Shown here: piece by piece, positions 20,013 through 28,599 of the stretch
Layout of the letters: the number at the start of each line of letters is the position of its first letter
How positions within the stretch are numbered: position 1 is the stretch's first letter
NCBI GenBank assembly: GCA_001792115.1
Contig: MGFX01000007.1
Span: forward strand, 5,265-69,264
Origin: Candidatus Woesebacteria bacterium RBG_16_42_24
Lineage (GTDB): Bacteria > Patescibacteriota > Microgenomatia > UBA8517
Length of the DNA: 64,000 nucleotides
Direction: 5' to 3'
Program-made: the position numbers and the translations under genes
Notes under the pieces: model-generated
Database searches by the model: none
Told to the model about the DNA's origin: nothing
Seen by the model: the letters and a program-made list of their open reading frames with translations, nothing else

Positions 20013-20590
20013 AGGTTGATTTTGGGCGTCTTTGTTTCAGAAGCTGAAACTTCGACATGCTCTCCTTTTTCAGGAGCAATTATCCCAGGAAGCTCGGCAA
20101 ATCCGAACATACCGGCTATTAAATTAGATGGCATTGAAACTCTGCGCACATTGTAGTCAGCGGTAAGATCGATTACCAAACGCCTTGCATACATTATTTT
20201 GTCCGCAGTATCTCTTAATTCGTCCATCAATTTGCCAACCACTTCCGAAGCTTTGAGTTCTGGATTATCCTCAACCGCAATTCTAATACTAGGTAAAATA
20301 TTGGCAAGTTTGGTTCCAGCGTCGGCCATTTTCTGAACGTCCCCGGATTCAACTGCTTTGGCAATTTCCCGCCTCGCGTTGGCAAGATCCTCAAATATAC
20401 CCTTTTCGTGTTTCAGGTAACCTTTGGTACTCGCCTCCAAATTCGGAATCAAGTCTGATTGTCTCTTTAATTGATTCCCAATTTCCTGAACAGCCGCTTT
20501 AATTCTAGCCTTAGCCGAAACAAAGAAGTTGTAGTTTGAAATAACCCAAAAAACCAAAATTAGTAGTAGTATTAATAAAACATAACCCAT
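20009..20590 (-). CDS. lemA: LemA-family membrane protein
   Basis: N-terminal TM helix and LemA core (YARRLVIDLTADYNVRRVSMPSNLIAGMFGF). Start set at the ATG preceded by GGAGGAGGTGA. The lemA-htpX pairing is a known conserved arrangement. Confidence 0.75.
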   Translation of the reverse strand: MGYVLLILLLILVFWVISNYNFFVSAKARIKAAVQEIGNQLKRQSDLIPNLEASTKGYLKHEKGIFEDLANARREIAKAVESGDVQKMADAGTKLANILPSIRIAVEDNPELKASEVVGKLMDELRDTADKIMYARRLVIDLTADYNVRRVSMPSNLIAGMFGFAELPGIIAPEKGEHVEVSASETKTPKINL

Positions 20591-20618
20591 TTTGCTATCA
20601 CCTCCTCCACACCACAAT

Positions 20619-22388
20619 TTACAATATCACTTTCTCAAATTCTTTCAAGCTTAAGGTGTTAAGTACATCTTTTTTTGTCGCCCAGCCGCGTCTGGCAACG
20701 CTTACCCCAAACACCATGTTCTGCAAGCCGTCTTTATGGTGGGCGTCTGTTCCGAGGGTCAGCTTAACTCCCGTTTTCACGGCCTCCTTAACTAGAACGT
20801 CGGGTAAATCTAGCCTCATGGGGTCTGCATTTATTTCAAGAAATTTGTCATTTTTTACACAAAATTCAAAAATTTGGGGCCAGTCTAATTCAACGCCTTC
20901 CCTTTGAGTAAGTTTTCTAGCAGTCGGGTGAGCGAATATTTTTATTTTAGGATGGTCTAGGGCTAAAAGGACACGTTTTGTCATTTGAGCTCTATCAAGG
21001 TCGAAGGCTGAATGTATTGAGACTAAGGCAAAATCCAAATACTCAAGTCCCTTCTCGGGTATAGCAAGCTCACCAGTGGGAAGAATATCAATTTCTAAGC
21101 TATTGAACACTTTTTTTACGCTTCCTTCAGCTCTTTTCACGATTGAGGAATTAATTTTCTCAATAGCTTCAAGTTTACGCTTGAGTATATCTAAAGCTTC
21201 ACGCTCGCTGTGCTTACTTTTACTCGGATTGTGCTCTGTAAACGCGAGGTATTCATATCCCAATTTATCTGCTTCATCTACAATCTCTTGCATCGAAGAC
21301 TCTCCTATATCATGGCTTGTCTCTATGTCAAAATCGGAATGAATCTGTAAATCAGCCCTTATATCTTCCGTCTCGACTAAATTAGGAAGCTTATGCTTTA
21401 AGGCCGCCTCAATCTCTCCGGAATCTTCTCTAAGTTCGGGTGGAATTAAGTCCATACCCATACTTTTATAGAAGGCTTCTTCCGAAGGGTATTTGCTAAG
21501 CTTTCCATGCCTTTTTATTCCGTACTCTGACAGGCTCATTCCGTGCTTGATTGCGTATTCGCGCAATGCTATATTGTGGTGTTTTGAACCTGTAAAGTGT
21601 TGGAGTAGTGCTCCGTAAGCATTAGGAGGCTGGACCATCAAATCGACCTGGACGTCTCCTGGAAGCATTAAGGAGGCTGTGTGATCACCCTTTTCCAAAA
21701 CTCGCACCTTTTTAGGGTACAAGGTAAAGTGCTCTATAACCTCTTTGGCCTCATTTGAGGCTACGGCAATATCGATGTCTCCAACCGTCGCAGCCTGGCG
21801 CCTCAAGCTGCCTAGGGGATCAGCACGCTCTACATTCTTGTCTCTTAGCAGCCACTCAATGACTTCATTTGCATATAAAGCGGCATAAGGAAGCAGATGT
21901 CTTTTAGTTCTACCTTTTGTCTCCTCTATTGATTTTAAAATGTCAGCTTGCGATTGTTCACCAAATCCTTCTAGTCTGGCAATTTTACCGGCCTTGGCCC
22001 CCCTTTCAAGCTCAGCTAGGCTCTTTATCCCAATTTTTGTGACTAATTTGTAAGCCGTCTTAACTCCAATTCCAGGAATCTCCATGAGCTCAAACATACC
22101 TGCTGGAAGGCCTTTCATCACTTCTTCGAAGTGTTCAGAAGTTCCAATTCTAAAAAGCTCATCAAGGTGCGAGGCAATAGATTCGCCTATACCTGGTACG
22201 TCTTTGAGCTTTCCATCGTCCCAGAGGTCTTTAAGCTCGCTTGTAGAATGCTCAACAGCATCTGCCGCCCTCTGGTAAGCTATTATCCTAAACCTATTCT
22301 TTTCTTCGTCTTTGAGCTGATATGAAGCCGCAATTGCCCTCAAAAGCTCGGCAATCTCCAAATTGGACATATTTCTGTGAAGTCTCAT
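20619..22388 (-). CDS. Family X DNA polymerase with C-terminal PHP domain (PolX)
   Basis: N-terminal Pol-beta-like helix-hairpin-helix region (NRFRIIAYQRAADAV...VPGIGESIA) and C-terminal PHP motifs (HSDFDIETSHD...FTEHNPS). Confidence 0.8.
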   Translation of the reverse strand: MRLHRNMSNLEIAELLRAIAASYQLKDEEKNRFRIIAYQRAADAVEHSTSELKDLWDDGKLKDVPGIGESIASHLDELFRIGTSEHFEEVMKGLPAGMFELMEIPGIGVKTAYKLVTKIGIKSLAELERGAKAGKIARLEGFGEQSQADILKSIEETKGRTKRHLLPYAALYANEVIEWLLRDKNVERADPLGSLRRQAATVGDIDIAVASNEAKEVIEHFTLYPKKVRVLEKGDHTASLMLPGDVQVDLMVQPPNAYGALLQHFTGSKHHNIALREYAIKHGMSLSEYGIKRHGKLSKYPSEEAFYKSMGMDLIPPELREDSGEIEAALKHKLPNLVETEDIRADLQIHSDFDIETSHDIGESSMQEIVDEADKLGYEYLAFTEHNPSKSKHSEREALDILKRKLEAIEKINSSIVKRAEGSVKKVFNSLEIDILPTGELAIPEKGLEYLDFALVSIHSAFDLDRAQMTKRVLLALDHPKIKIFAHPTARKLTQREGVELDWPQIFEFCVKNDKFLEINADPMRLDLPDVLVKEAVKTGVKLTLGTDAHHKDGLQNMVFGVSVARRGWATKKDVLNTLSLKEFEKVIL

Positions 22389-22427
22389 TAAAACATTATA
22401 TAGCGAAGACTAAAGAGGAAAAACTAG

Positions 22428-22501
22428 CGAGGCTGAAGGGACTCGGACCCTCGACCTCTTGGTTGACAACCAAGCGCTCTAACCAACTGAGCTACAGCCC
22501 C
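22428..22501 (-). tRNA. tRNA-Asp (anticodon GTC)
   Basis: Minus-strand cloverleaf: acceptor GGGGCTG/CAGCCTC, anticodon stem CTTGG/CCAAG with loop TTGTCAA, T-loop TCCGAGT. Confidence 0.85.
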
Positions 22502-22555
22502 ATTCCGATGGAGATGCTATAGAAATTCCTATTTCTCTACAGCCCCATTCCGATG
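22492..22555. repeat. 19-bp direct repeat (ctacagccccattccgatg) spanning the tRNA-Asp 5' end and its leader
   Basis: Copies at 22492..22510 and 22537..22555. The first copy overlaps the first 9 nt of tRNA-Asp. Confidence 0.6.
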
Positions 22556-22593
22556 CTGAATTTTAGCACATTAGGAAAACAAACAAAATCCCC

Positions 22594-22628
22594 TTGACAT
22601 GAGCTACCTCATAGTTTAAATTCCAGAT
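22594..22628 (+). promoter_or_regulatory. Candidate sigma70-type promoter for the LysM gene (TTGACA, 17 nt spacer, TAAATT)
   Basis: Read directly: cccTTGACAtgagctacctcatagttTAAATTcc. It is followed by a ~100-nt leader with two hairpins (ccgac-caatt-gtcgg and cgctga-gct-tcagcg). Confidence 0.35.
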
Positions 22629-22732
22629 ACAAATTCTTCTGCCTTGCCTCGTCGCTCCGACCAATTGTCGGAGAAGGCGGGCCCTGCCTCTGAAATACTT
22701 GTCCGCTTTCGCTGAGCTTCAGCGAGATAAAG

Positions 22733-23299
22733 GTGGTGAGTAGATTGAACTTAAAATCAATTCTTAAAGCACTAAAATTAAACGAATCGACAATTAGTAT
22801 GGTTTTGGGAGCTTTGGTGATAGTGGTGGTCGGAGTTTTGGTAATCAACTACTTCAAGGGAAAAGAAACCGGCACTACTCTTCCTACAGGTGTAACAACG
22901 GAGAGAGAATCCCTATCGCTTCCGCGCACTCACACGGTAGTCGCTGGTGAAACCCTCTGGTCTATATCTGAGAGGTATTACGACTCTGGATATAATTGGG
23001 TTGATATTGCGAAGGAGAATGACCTCGCAAATGCTGGGCTCATTGAGGTGGGGCAAAAACTTTCAGTCCCGGATGTTCCCGCAAAGGCCGTAACTGTCTC
23101 GGAAGGTAAAGTAGTAAGCGAAACTTCCGGCAGTGCTATTTCTGGCTCAACTTACGAAGTCGTTAAAGGAGATTCTCTTTGGGACATTTCCGTTAGAGCA
23201 TATGGAGATGGATATCGCTGGGTAGAGGTTGCAAAGGAAAACAAATTAGCAAACCCTAATATCATCCACGCCGGAAACATTCTTATACTACCTAGGTAA
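22733..23299 (+). CDS. Membrane-anchored protein with two LysM peptidoglycan-binding domains
   Basis: GTG start after an AAAGG site; N-terminal TM helix; two LysM repeats (HTVVAGETLWSISERYY...VGQKLSVP and YEVVKGDSLWDISVRAYG...AGNILILP). Confidence 0.75.
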   Translation: MVSRLNLKSILKALKLNESTISMVLGALVIVVVGVLVINYFKGKETGTTLPTGVTTERESLSLPRTHTVVAGETLWSISERYYDSGYNWVDIAKENDLANAGLIEVGQKLSVPDVPAKAVTVSEGKVVSETSGSAISGSTYEVVKGDSLWDISVRAYGDGYRWVEVAKENKLANPNIIHAGNILILPR

Positions 23300-23334
23300 G
23301 AAATACTGGGAGTGATATAATTAATCCCATAAAA

Positions 23335-23405
23335 GCGGGATTAGTTGAGCGGCTCAATACTACCTTCCCAAGGTAGGGAGACGGGTTCGACTCCCGTATC
23401 CCGCT
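23335..23405 (+). tRNA. tRNA-Gly (anticodon CCC)
   Basis: Acceptor GCGGGAT/ATCCCGC, anticodon stem CTACC/GGTAG with loop TTCCCAA, T-arm ACGGG-TTCGACT-CCCGT. Confidence 0.8.
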
Positions 23406-23465
23406 CACAAGCGGAATCCGCAGCCGCGAGTTCGTGCGGGTTAGGGTTTGGGGGGAAGAGTAGGA

Positions 23466-24857
23466 CTAGAGCTTTGTAACTTGCCCCTCGATTGCATCAA
23501 CAAGTACTTTATCTCCATTCTTTAGTAGGAAAGTTGCATTGTTGGTTCCGACCACACAAGGAATTCCAAATTCTCTCGCAATAATTGCAGCGTGGGAAGT
23601 AATCCCACCAGAATCTGTAACAATTGCGGCGGCCTTAGTCATTGCAACAACATATGCTGGCTGGGTCTGAAATGCAACAAGTATTTCTCCCTTTTTAAAT
23701 TCTTTTAAGTCATCGTAGACTTTAATTATTCTTACTCTTCCCTCAACTTTTCCTCGACAAGCAGCAGTTCCTTTGATTTCTTGAGTTTTTGGTCGCTTAC
23801 GTTTTATTAATTTTTGGATTTTTTTAAATTGTTTTTGGTCTTTGAAGTAATAGAAATGAAGTTTGCCTTTCTCTGGCCAGACCAGCCTCAATTGGTTATT
23901 GTACCTTTCTTCATATTTCCTTATCTTTTTTGGGTTTTCGCTTACTTCAATGAGCTCTTCAAAAGTCAAGTTTTGGATAATTCCTTCGACATAGTACATA
24001 CCCATCTTTTTCTTAAGATAATTTTTAAATAGGAAATCAAGTTCGACTTGCTTGTCCGCGGCCCGATTATCGTACGAGTTAATCTTAACAAAAGTATTTA
24101 TTAGGTTTTTATCCTTGGCTGAAACTTTATCAATAAACATGAGTTCTTTATTTTGTTCTTTCTCCTTAACTAAGCCTTTTAGCTGATCTAGAAAGCTTTG
24201 TGGACCCCAGGGCTTGAGTCCTCTTTCGCTTGTGCTTATCCAGCCGTAATTTTCTGTGTGTCTTACCAATAATATTTTGATTTTTGGATCCAATTCTTCA
24301 AAGTTAAAATCAACTTTCTCAAACTCTTTTTGGAAATTTTTGTAAATTTCTAAAAGGTTATTATTGCTTTCCGTTAATTTAGTTTCTGAAGAATTTTTAA
24401 GAATGTAATTTATAATATCTGCTTCTGGAACTGATTCCTCTTTTGAAATTTCGGAAACCCCATGAGGGATAATCTCGTCAAATACCAGTGAAACAGAGCT
24501 CATAAGAAGAGATAAATTTTCCTGTATTTTAATGTACTTTTTAGAATCAAATTTTTGGTCATTAAGTTCAAAAATTAGTTTATCAGCAGATACACAGATA
24601 TCTTCAAAATCTTTTAAGAGTTTTTTAGTCTTTTGGCTGTCTTTGAAAAAATCTCTAAATCTTTCTAGGATCTCAGCTTCTTTATAAAAATCCAGGTACT
24701 CATCCCCGAAGACAGGCACCTTGTATCCTAGATAAATTGGATATTTGCCAAAAGACATTGTCTTGGCAAAAAGAAGGTGAATATACCAATCCCATTGCCA
24801 AACGCCTCCCCTGGTCCAATAGCCTTTTTTGACTTTTCTAATAAAACTTTCAAGCAC
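23466..24857 (-). CDS. Orphan PEP-utilizer swivel (phosphohistidine) domain protein with an uncharacterised lysine-rich N-terminal ~360 aa
   Basis: The C-terminal ~100 aa (RVRIIKVYDDLKEFKKGEILVAFQTQPAYVVAMTKAAAIVTDSGGITSHAAIIAREFGIPCVVG) matches the mobile His domain of PEP synthase and PPDK. No ATP-grasp GGKGANL motif and no PEP-binding TIM barrel. Markedly AT-rich. Confidence 0.55.
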   Translation of the reverse strand: MLESFIRKVKKGYWTRGGVWQWDWYIHLLFAKTMSFGKYPIYLGYKVPVFGDEYLDFYKEAEILERFRDFFKDSQKTKKLLKDFEDICVSADKLIFELNDQKFDSKKYIKIQENLSLLMSSVSLVFDEIIPHGVSEISKEESVPEADIINYILKNSSETKLTESNNNLLEIYKNFQKEFEKVDFNFEELDPKIKILLVRHTENYGWISTSERGLKPWGPQSFLDQLKGLVKEKEQNKELMFIDKVSAKDKNLINTFVKINSYDNRAADKQVELDFLFKNYLKKKMGMYYVEGIIQNLTFEELIEVSENPKKIRKYEERYNNQLRLVWPEKGKLHFYYFKDQKQFKKIQKLIKRKRPKTQEIKGTAACRGKVEGRVRIIKVYDDLKEFKKGEILVAFQTQPAYVVAMTKAAAIVTDSGGITSHAAIIAREFGIPCVVGTNNATFLLKNGDKVLVDAIEGQVTKL

Positions 24858-24909
24858 AGTATGATTATACAGTGAGAATGTGGAATTTGGGTGGAGTTTA
24901 GCCTCTAAA

Positions 24910-25119
24910 GGGAGTAAAATGTGTCTTTAATTGTCCGCGCACGGGTTGGGCTTGCCCTAAAAATTGCGCATTCAATTTTCAGGGTGAAGGGCAAGGACAA
25001 TTTGTTCCTGTCTTAACGCGCGCAAAAAATAGCGGAGGCGAGGCTGTTAGGCCGAGCCGGAGCTGCGACAATTAGGGTGTGCGACAAAAGTTAGTTCGAG
25101 CTTTTTCAAAAACGAGCTC
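24910..25119. repeat. Intergenic repeat element, copy 1 (~210 bp)
   Basis: Near-identical blocks shared with 29666..29929: gggagt...cgcacggg, gaagggcaa.gacaatttgttcctgtcttaacgcgcgc, caaaaaat, agcggaggcgaggc, ggccgagccgg, ttcgaRctttttcaaaaacgagctc. Ends 5 nt before the GTG start of the 25125 gene. Confidence 0.7.
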
Positions 25120-25124
25120 CATAA

Positions 25125-25847
25125 GTGACAAAAATAAACATTAATGACAAAAAAGTTACAATAATGGATAATGGTTTTATGAATAAATACGTGGTGTTGC
25201 TTCGTAGTAACATATTTAAAATCACGACGCTTGTTTTGTTTCTGATTGTTCTTGTTGTCAGCTTTGTTAACATCAGCTTCCAGCAAAAACTTAAGGATAC
25301 AACCCAAAAATTGGCATTTAAAAGCGAGGAATATGAGCTGTGCATAGATGACAAAGCAAAAATAATAGAAGAATCTAAGCAAACTTATTCTCCTCAGGAA
25401 TTTAAGATTTCTTCTCCTTTGTTTGAAGGAAAAGAAATGACCGTAAAAATGTTGGGTTATAAAGGCACTGAGATAAAAGAGATGACAATTGATCTTCCGC
25501 AAAGTGATCAGCTGGGTCATCCGATTAATATTAAAGTCTGGGATTATATTAACGTTCCTAATCCAAAAATGGCAAGATTCGACCAGTATTACAATGCCTT
25601 TCCACTTTGGGCAGAAACAGTAAATGATAATCTGACAAATTATTTTACATATAAGACGACTAGTGGATTTTCTATGAATCGCGCTTGTGGAGAATTAACC
25701 ATTTCGAGAAGCATCACCAGCATTCACAGCATTTATGTATTGATATCAGGCTATCAATGTACTGGAATATTTCCAGGAAAAGAGGAAGAAACAATCAGGG
25801 AGTCAACAAAGTTTCTAGAGGAAGTAGCAGACACTATTAATTTTTAG
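25125..25847 (+). CDS. Hypothetical membrane-anchored protein
   Basis: 240 aa; TM helix at ~30-50 then a soluble domain without recognisable motifs. Very AT-rich. GTG start with no obvious RBS. The antisense ORFs in this region look like low-complexity artefacts. Confidence 0.4.
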   Translation: MTKININDKKVTIMDNGFMNKYVVLLRSNIFKITTLVLFLIVLVVSFVNISFQQKLKDTTQKLAFKSEEYELCIDDKAKIIEESKQTYSPQEFKISSPLFEGKEMTVKMLGYKGTEIKEMTIDLPQSDQLGHPINIKVWDYINVPNPKMARFDQYYNAFPLWAETVNDNLTNYFTYKTTSGFSMNRACGELTISRSITSIHSIYVLISGYQCTGIFPGKEEETIRESTKFLEEVADTINF

Positions 25848-25942
25848 CTTTACTCTAGCGTGGCAAAATCATCAACACCTAAGAGTTCTTTCAAGGCCAA
25901 AAGCTGAACACCCAACTCTGGTGTGATATACTTTGATAGGCT

Positions 25943-25966
25943 TGTCCTGAGTGAAATCGAAGGGTT
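25943..25966. repeat. Short repeat fragment (gtcctgagtgaaatcgaagggtt) related to motifs inside repeat copy 2
   Basis: Matches the inverted copy ccttcgatttcactcagga at 29794..29812 and the direct copy gtcctgagcgaagtcgagggg at ~29874..29894. Confidence 0.5.
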
Positions 25967-26022
25967 CGAGCCCAGTACGGTATCCAGCTCAAAACGTGAG
26001 TGTACGTGCGTAAACCAGGATT

Positions 26023-26793
26023 ATGCAGATAGATTTCTTCGAGGAGTTCCCCAACGATGATAGTTTATCTAAGTTGCGCATTATTAAATTTCGAACAAAT
26101 CTCTATGTCGCTGCTAAAAGTGTAAAAGAATTCTTAGTTTTAAAAACTAAAATTAAGAAGTTTTATAGAAATGTAGCCGAGGTAATTTACTGGCCTATTC
26201 TAGAGGTGAATGAAGGTTATTGGCTATCAGCATTCTCCAAAACATTGGCAATTAAGCGAATTCTAAACGAGCTTAAAAATACAAACGAGAAGTTCTCAGT
26301 ACTTTGGGATGCAGAACTGCCAATATTAGCTAAAGAACTTTTCGTGACTCAATTACCAAATTTCTTAAGAAATCGGAAAATTATAAAAAAAGTAACATTG
26401 CATCAAGACTCAAATCATCCTCTTATAATAACGGCATTTCCCAAAAGCGGAATAAATAAATTCTTCTCGAGTCTGGCGTGCACTTATTTTTCTTCTGGAA
26501 GTTTTCCCTATATCGATATGCTCTATACCTCTTTACTGAGGGTAAAAGATAAGTCTAGGTATGTACGTAGTGCCATAAAAAGAAATAAAAATAAATTTCA
26601 GGAATACTCTGTTGCACTTGGACTTATTGGGCGAGGGGTAGAAGATTACTCAACACCACTAATTTCTCCTCTTGGCTTAAAAATGGATTTAGGTATCGCA
26701 CAGAAAGAAGGGGTAAAAAATGTAGTACTTTATCGCCTAGGAGGCTTAAATAAAAATTATCTCGGAGTGCTTGAGGAATTTGTCAGTAAATAG
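26023..26793 (+). CDS. Hypothetical protein
   Basis: 256 aa, AT-rich, no recognisable motif. Confidence 0.4.
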   Translation: MQIDFFEEFPNDDSLSKLRIIKFRTNLYVAAKSVKEFLVLKTKIKKFYRNVAEVIYWPILEVNEGYWLSAFSKTLAIKRILNELKNTNEKFSVLWDAELPILAKELFVTQLPNFLRNRKIIKKVTLHQDSNHPLIITAFPKSGINKFFSSLACTYFSSGSFPYIDMLYTSLLRVKDKSRYVRSAIKRNKNKFQEYSVALGLIGRGVEDYSTPLISPLGLKMDLGIAQKEGVKNVVLYRLGGLNKNYLGVLEEFVSK

Positions 26794-26909
26794 CCCACAA
26801 AAAGTGTTAATTTATTAAGTTGTACTTTATTATGTATTTTTTAGTTCTAAAGCATAAACTAAATCAGGTAATAGGCCGTCTTGATAGAATAATCTGATAA
26901 AATCTAACT

Positions 26910-27386
26910 ATGATTAAAGATTTGAACAAACTAGCCAGGAAAATTATTCAGGAAAACCAATATGTAACAATTGCCACATCAGACAAAAATGGCAATCCTT
27001 GGATTTCTGCAGTGGTTTATGCATATGACAAAGACTGGAATTTTTATTTCATTTCAATCCCTTCATCTAAACACTGCCAGAACATAAAAAATAATAAAAG
27101 GGTTGTGGTTGCAATTTTCGATTCACATCAGCTTTTGGGTGAAGGAGTCGGTTTACAAATAGAGGGTGAAGCGATTATGGTGGATATTAAAGACACGCCT
27201 AAAGTAGCTACAATTTATTTTGGAAGAAAATACCCATATGGCAAGGTGGCGCATAATGCCGGTCAGTATATCAAAAGATTTATGAAGAAAGGAGAACTAT
27301 ACAGATTTTATAAAATTCGACAGACAACGTTTTGGATGAACGACCCAAATAGCAAAATTGATTTAAGAGTTGAAGTAAAATTATGA
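26910..27386 (+). CDS. Pyridoxamine 5'-phosphate oxidase-like FMN-binding split-barrel protein
   Basis: YVTIATSDKNGNPWISAVVY...NKRVVVAIFDSHQ pattern typical of the PNPOx/general-stress-protein-26 family. Paralogous to the 28102..28578 product. Confidence 0.55.
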   Translation: MIKDLNKLARKIIQENQYVTIATSDKNGNPWISAVVYAYDKDWNFYFISIPSSKHCQNIKNNKRVVVAIFDSHQLLGEGVGLQIEGEAIMVDIKDTPKVATIYFGRKYPYGKVAHNAGQYIKRFMKKGELYRFYKIRQTTFWMNDPNSKIDLRVEVKL

Positions 27387-28105
27387 ATATGGATTTTCAG
27401 AATAAAGTAGCAGTTATCACAGGAGCAAGTAGAGGACTTGGCAAAGAAATTGCGATACTTTTGGCTGAGCAAAAAGCCAAACTTGCACTGGTTTCCCGAT
27501 CAGAAAATGAGCTAAATAAAGTCAAAGAAGAAATTGGCCCCAATGCGGAATATTTTGTCTGCGATATTTCAAACTCAAAAGCAGTTGAGAAAACCATCGT
27601 TGAGATTCATCAAAAGTTCGGCAAAATAGACATTCTCATCAATAATGCCGGTATTTGGTTTGAGGGGCTAGCAGAAAAACACCCTCCAGAAAAGGTTAAA
27701 GAATTATTCGACGTAATCACGTTGGGAACTATTTATGTAACAACAAGCGTGCTACCAATTCTCAAAAAACAGGCTGAAGGGCAAATATTAAATGTCGTTT
27801 CTGTCGCAGGGATAGAAACTCCCGGAGCTGAAATGGGTCCTTACTCGCCGTATACTGCCGCAAAATATGCTGTAACCGGGTTCACGAAATCATTAGAGGA
27901 AGAACTCAAAGGGACAAAAATAAAAGTAATGGGAATTTATCCAGGCGGAATGAATACACCTCTATTCAAGAAAGCTGGTTTTGATTATACAGAAAACGAA
28001 AATTGGATGATGGATAAGAAAGATGTCGCCAAAATTATTTTATTCATGCTCTCACAACCAAAAGACGTAATTATTGACCACTTAGTTGTAAGAAAATTTA
28101 GTTAA
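27383..28105 (+). CDS. Short-chain dehydrogenase/reductase (SDR)
   Basis: TGASRGLG cofactor-binding motif, NNAG, and a YxxxK active-site region (YTAAKYAV). Confidence 0.8.
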   Translation: MNMDFQNKVAVITGASRGLGKEIAILLAEQKAKLALVSRSENELNKVKEEIGPNAEYFVCDISNSKAVEKTIVEIHQKFGKIDILINNAGIWFEGLAEKHPPEKVKELFDVITLGTIYVTTSVLPILKKQAEGQILNVVSVAGIETPGAEMGPYSPYTAAKYAVTGFTKSLEEELKGTKIKVMGIYPGGMNTPLFKKAGFDYTENENWMMDKKDVAKIILFMLSQPKDVIIDHLVVRKFS

Positions 28106-28578
28106 GCCTTCCAAATTCCGTATTCTTCAGGTGAATAAAGTTCTTTGTTGAAAAACTTTAAATACTTTGGGGTAATCTTCCAAACGTTAGTGTCAGCAAA
28201 TTTTATAACCTCCTTTATCGTTATCTCCTTTTCTACTCCAGGGTTTTGCTTATGCCAAAGTGCTAATGCCTTAGTTAGATTGATAATTCCTTTAACCTTC
28301 TCGATTGTGCCGGATCCTTGGAGCCCCTTCTTGGGTTCAAAAATCTTTTGGTGAGAATCGAAAATATTAAATGCGATTTTGTTGTTCTTAGTCATATCTT
28401 TGCCGTGAATTGAGTTCGGGTCGGTAACAATGTACAGATTCATATCTTTGTCAATTCCATAATAAACAGTGCAAACCCAAGGGCCTTTTGAGGATTGAGT
28501 AGCCAACGTCATGATTCCCTTCTTTTTAAGAAACTTGAAAATATCTTGCCCGATTAGAACGTTTGTTCTTTTACCCAT
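28102..28578 (-). CDS. Pyridoxamine 5'-phosphate oxidase-like FMN-binding protein (paralog of the 26910..27386 gene)
   Basis: IMTLATQSSKGPWVCTVYYGIDKDMNLYIVTDPNSIHGKDMTKNNKIAFNIFDSHQ aligns with the 26910 product. Start placed at the internal Met to avoid a 90-nt overlap with the pyrD-like gene. Confidence 0.5.
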   Translation of the reverse strand: MGKRTNVLIGQDIFKFLKKKGIMTLATQSSKGPWVCTVYYGIDKDMNLYIVTDPNSIHGKDMTKNNKIAFNIFDSHQKIFEPKKGLQGSGTIEKVKGIINLTKALALWHKQNPGVEKEITIKEVIKFADTNVWKITPKYLKFFNKELYSPEEYGIWKA

Positions 28579-28599
28579 CAAGGCTATAATATCACTGGA

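Noticed and set aside
23406-23465. Rho-independent terminator between tRNA-Gly and the swivel-domain gene
   Set aside because: Small GC hairpins (ccgcgagttcgtgcgg) are present but there is no following T-run on either strand.
25047-25520. 157-aa and 82-aa minus-strand ORFs opposite the 25125..25847 gene
   Set aside because: Low-complexity, Phe/Lys-rich products typical of antisense reading of AT-rich DNA. The plus-strand ORF is longer, starts right after the repeat element, and has a TM-plus-globular architecture.
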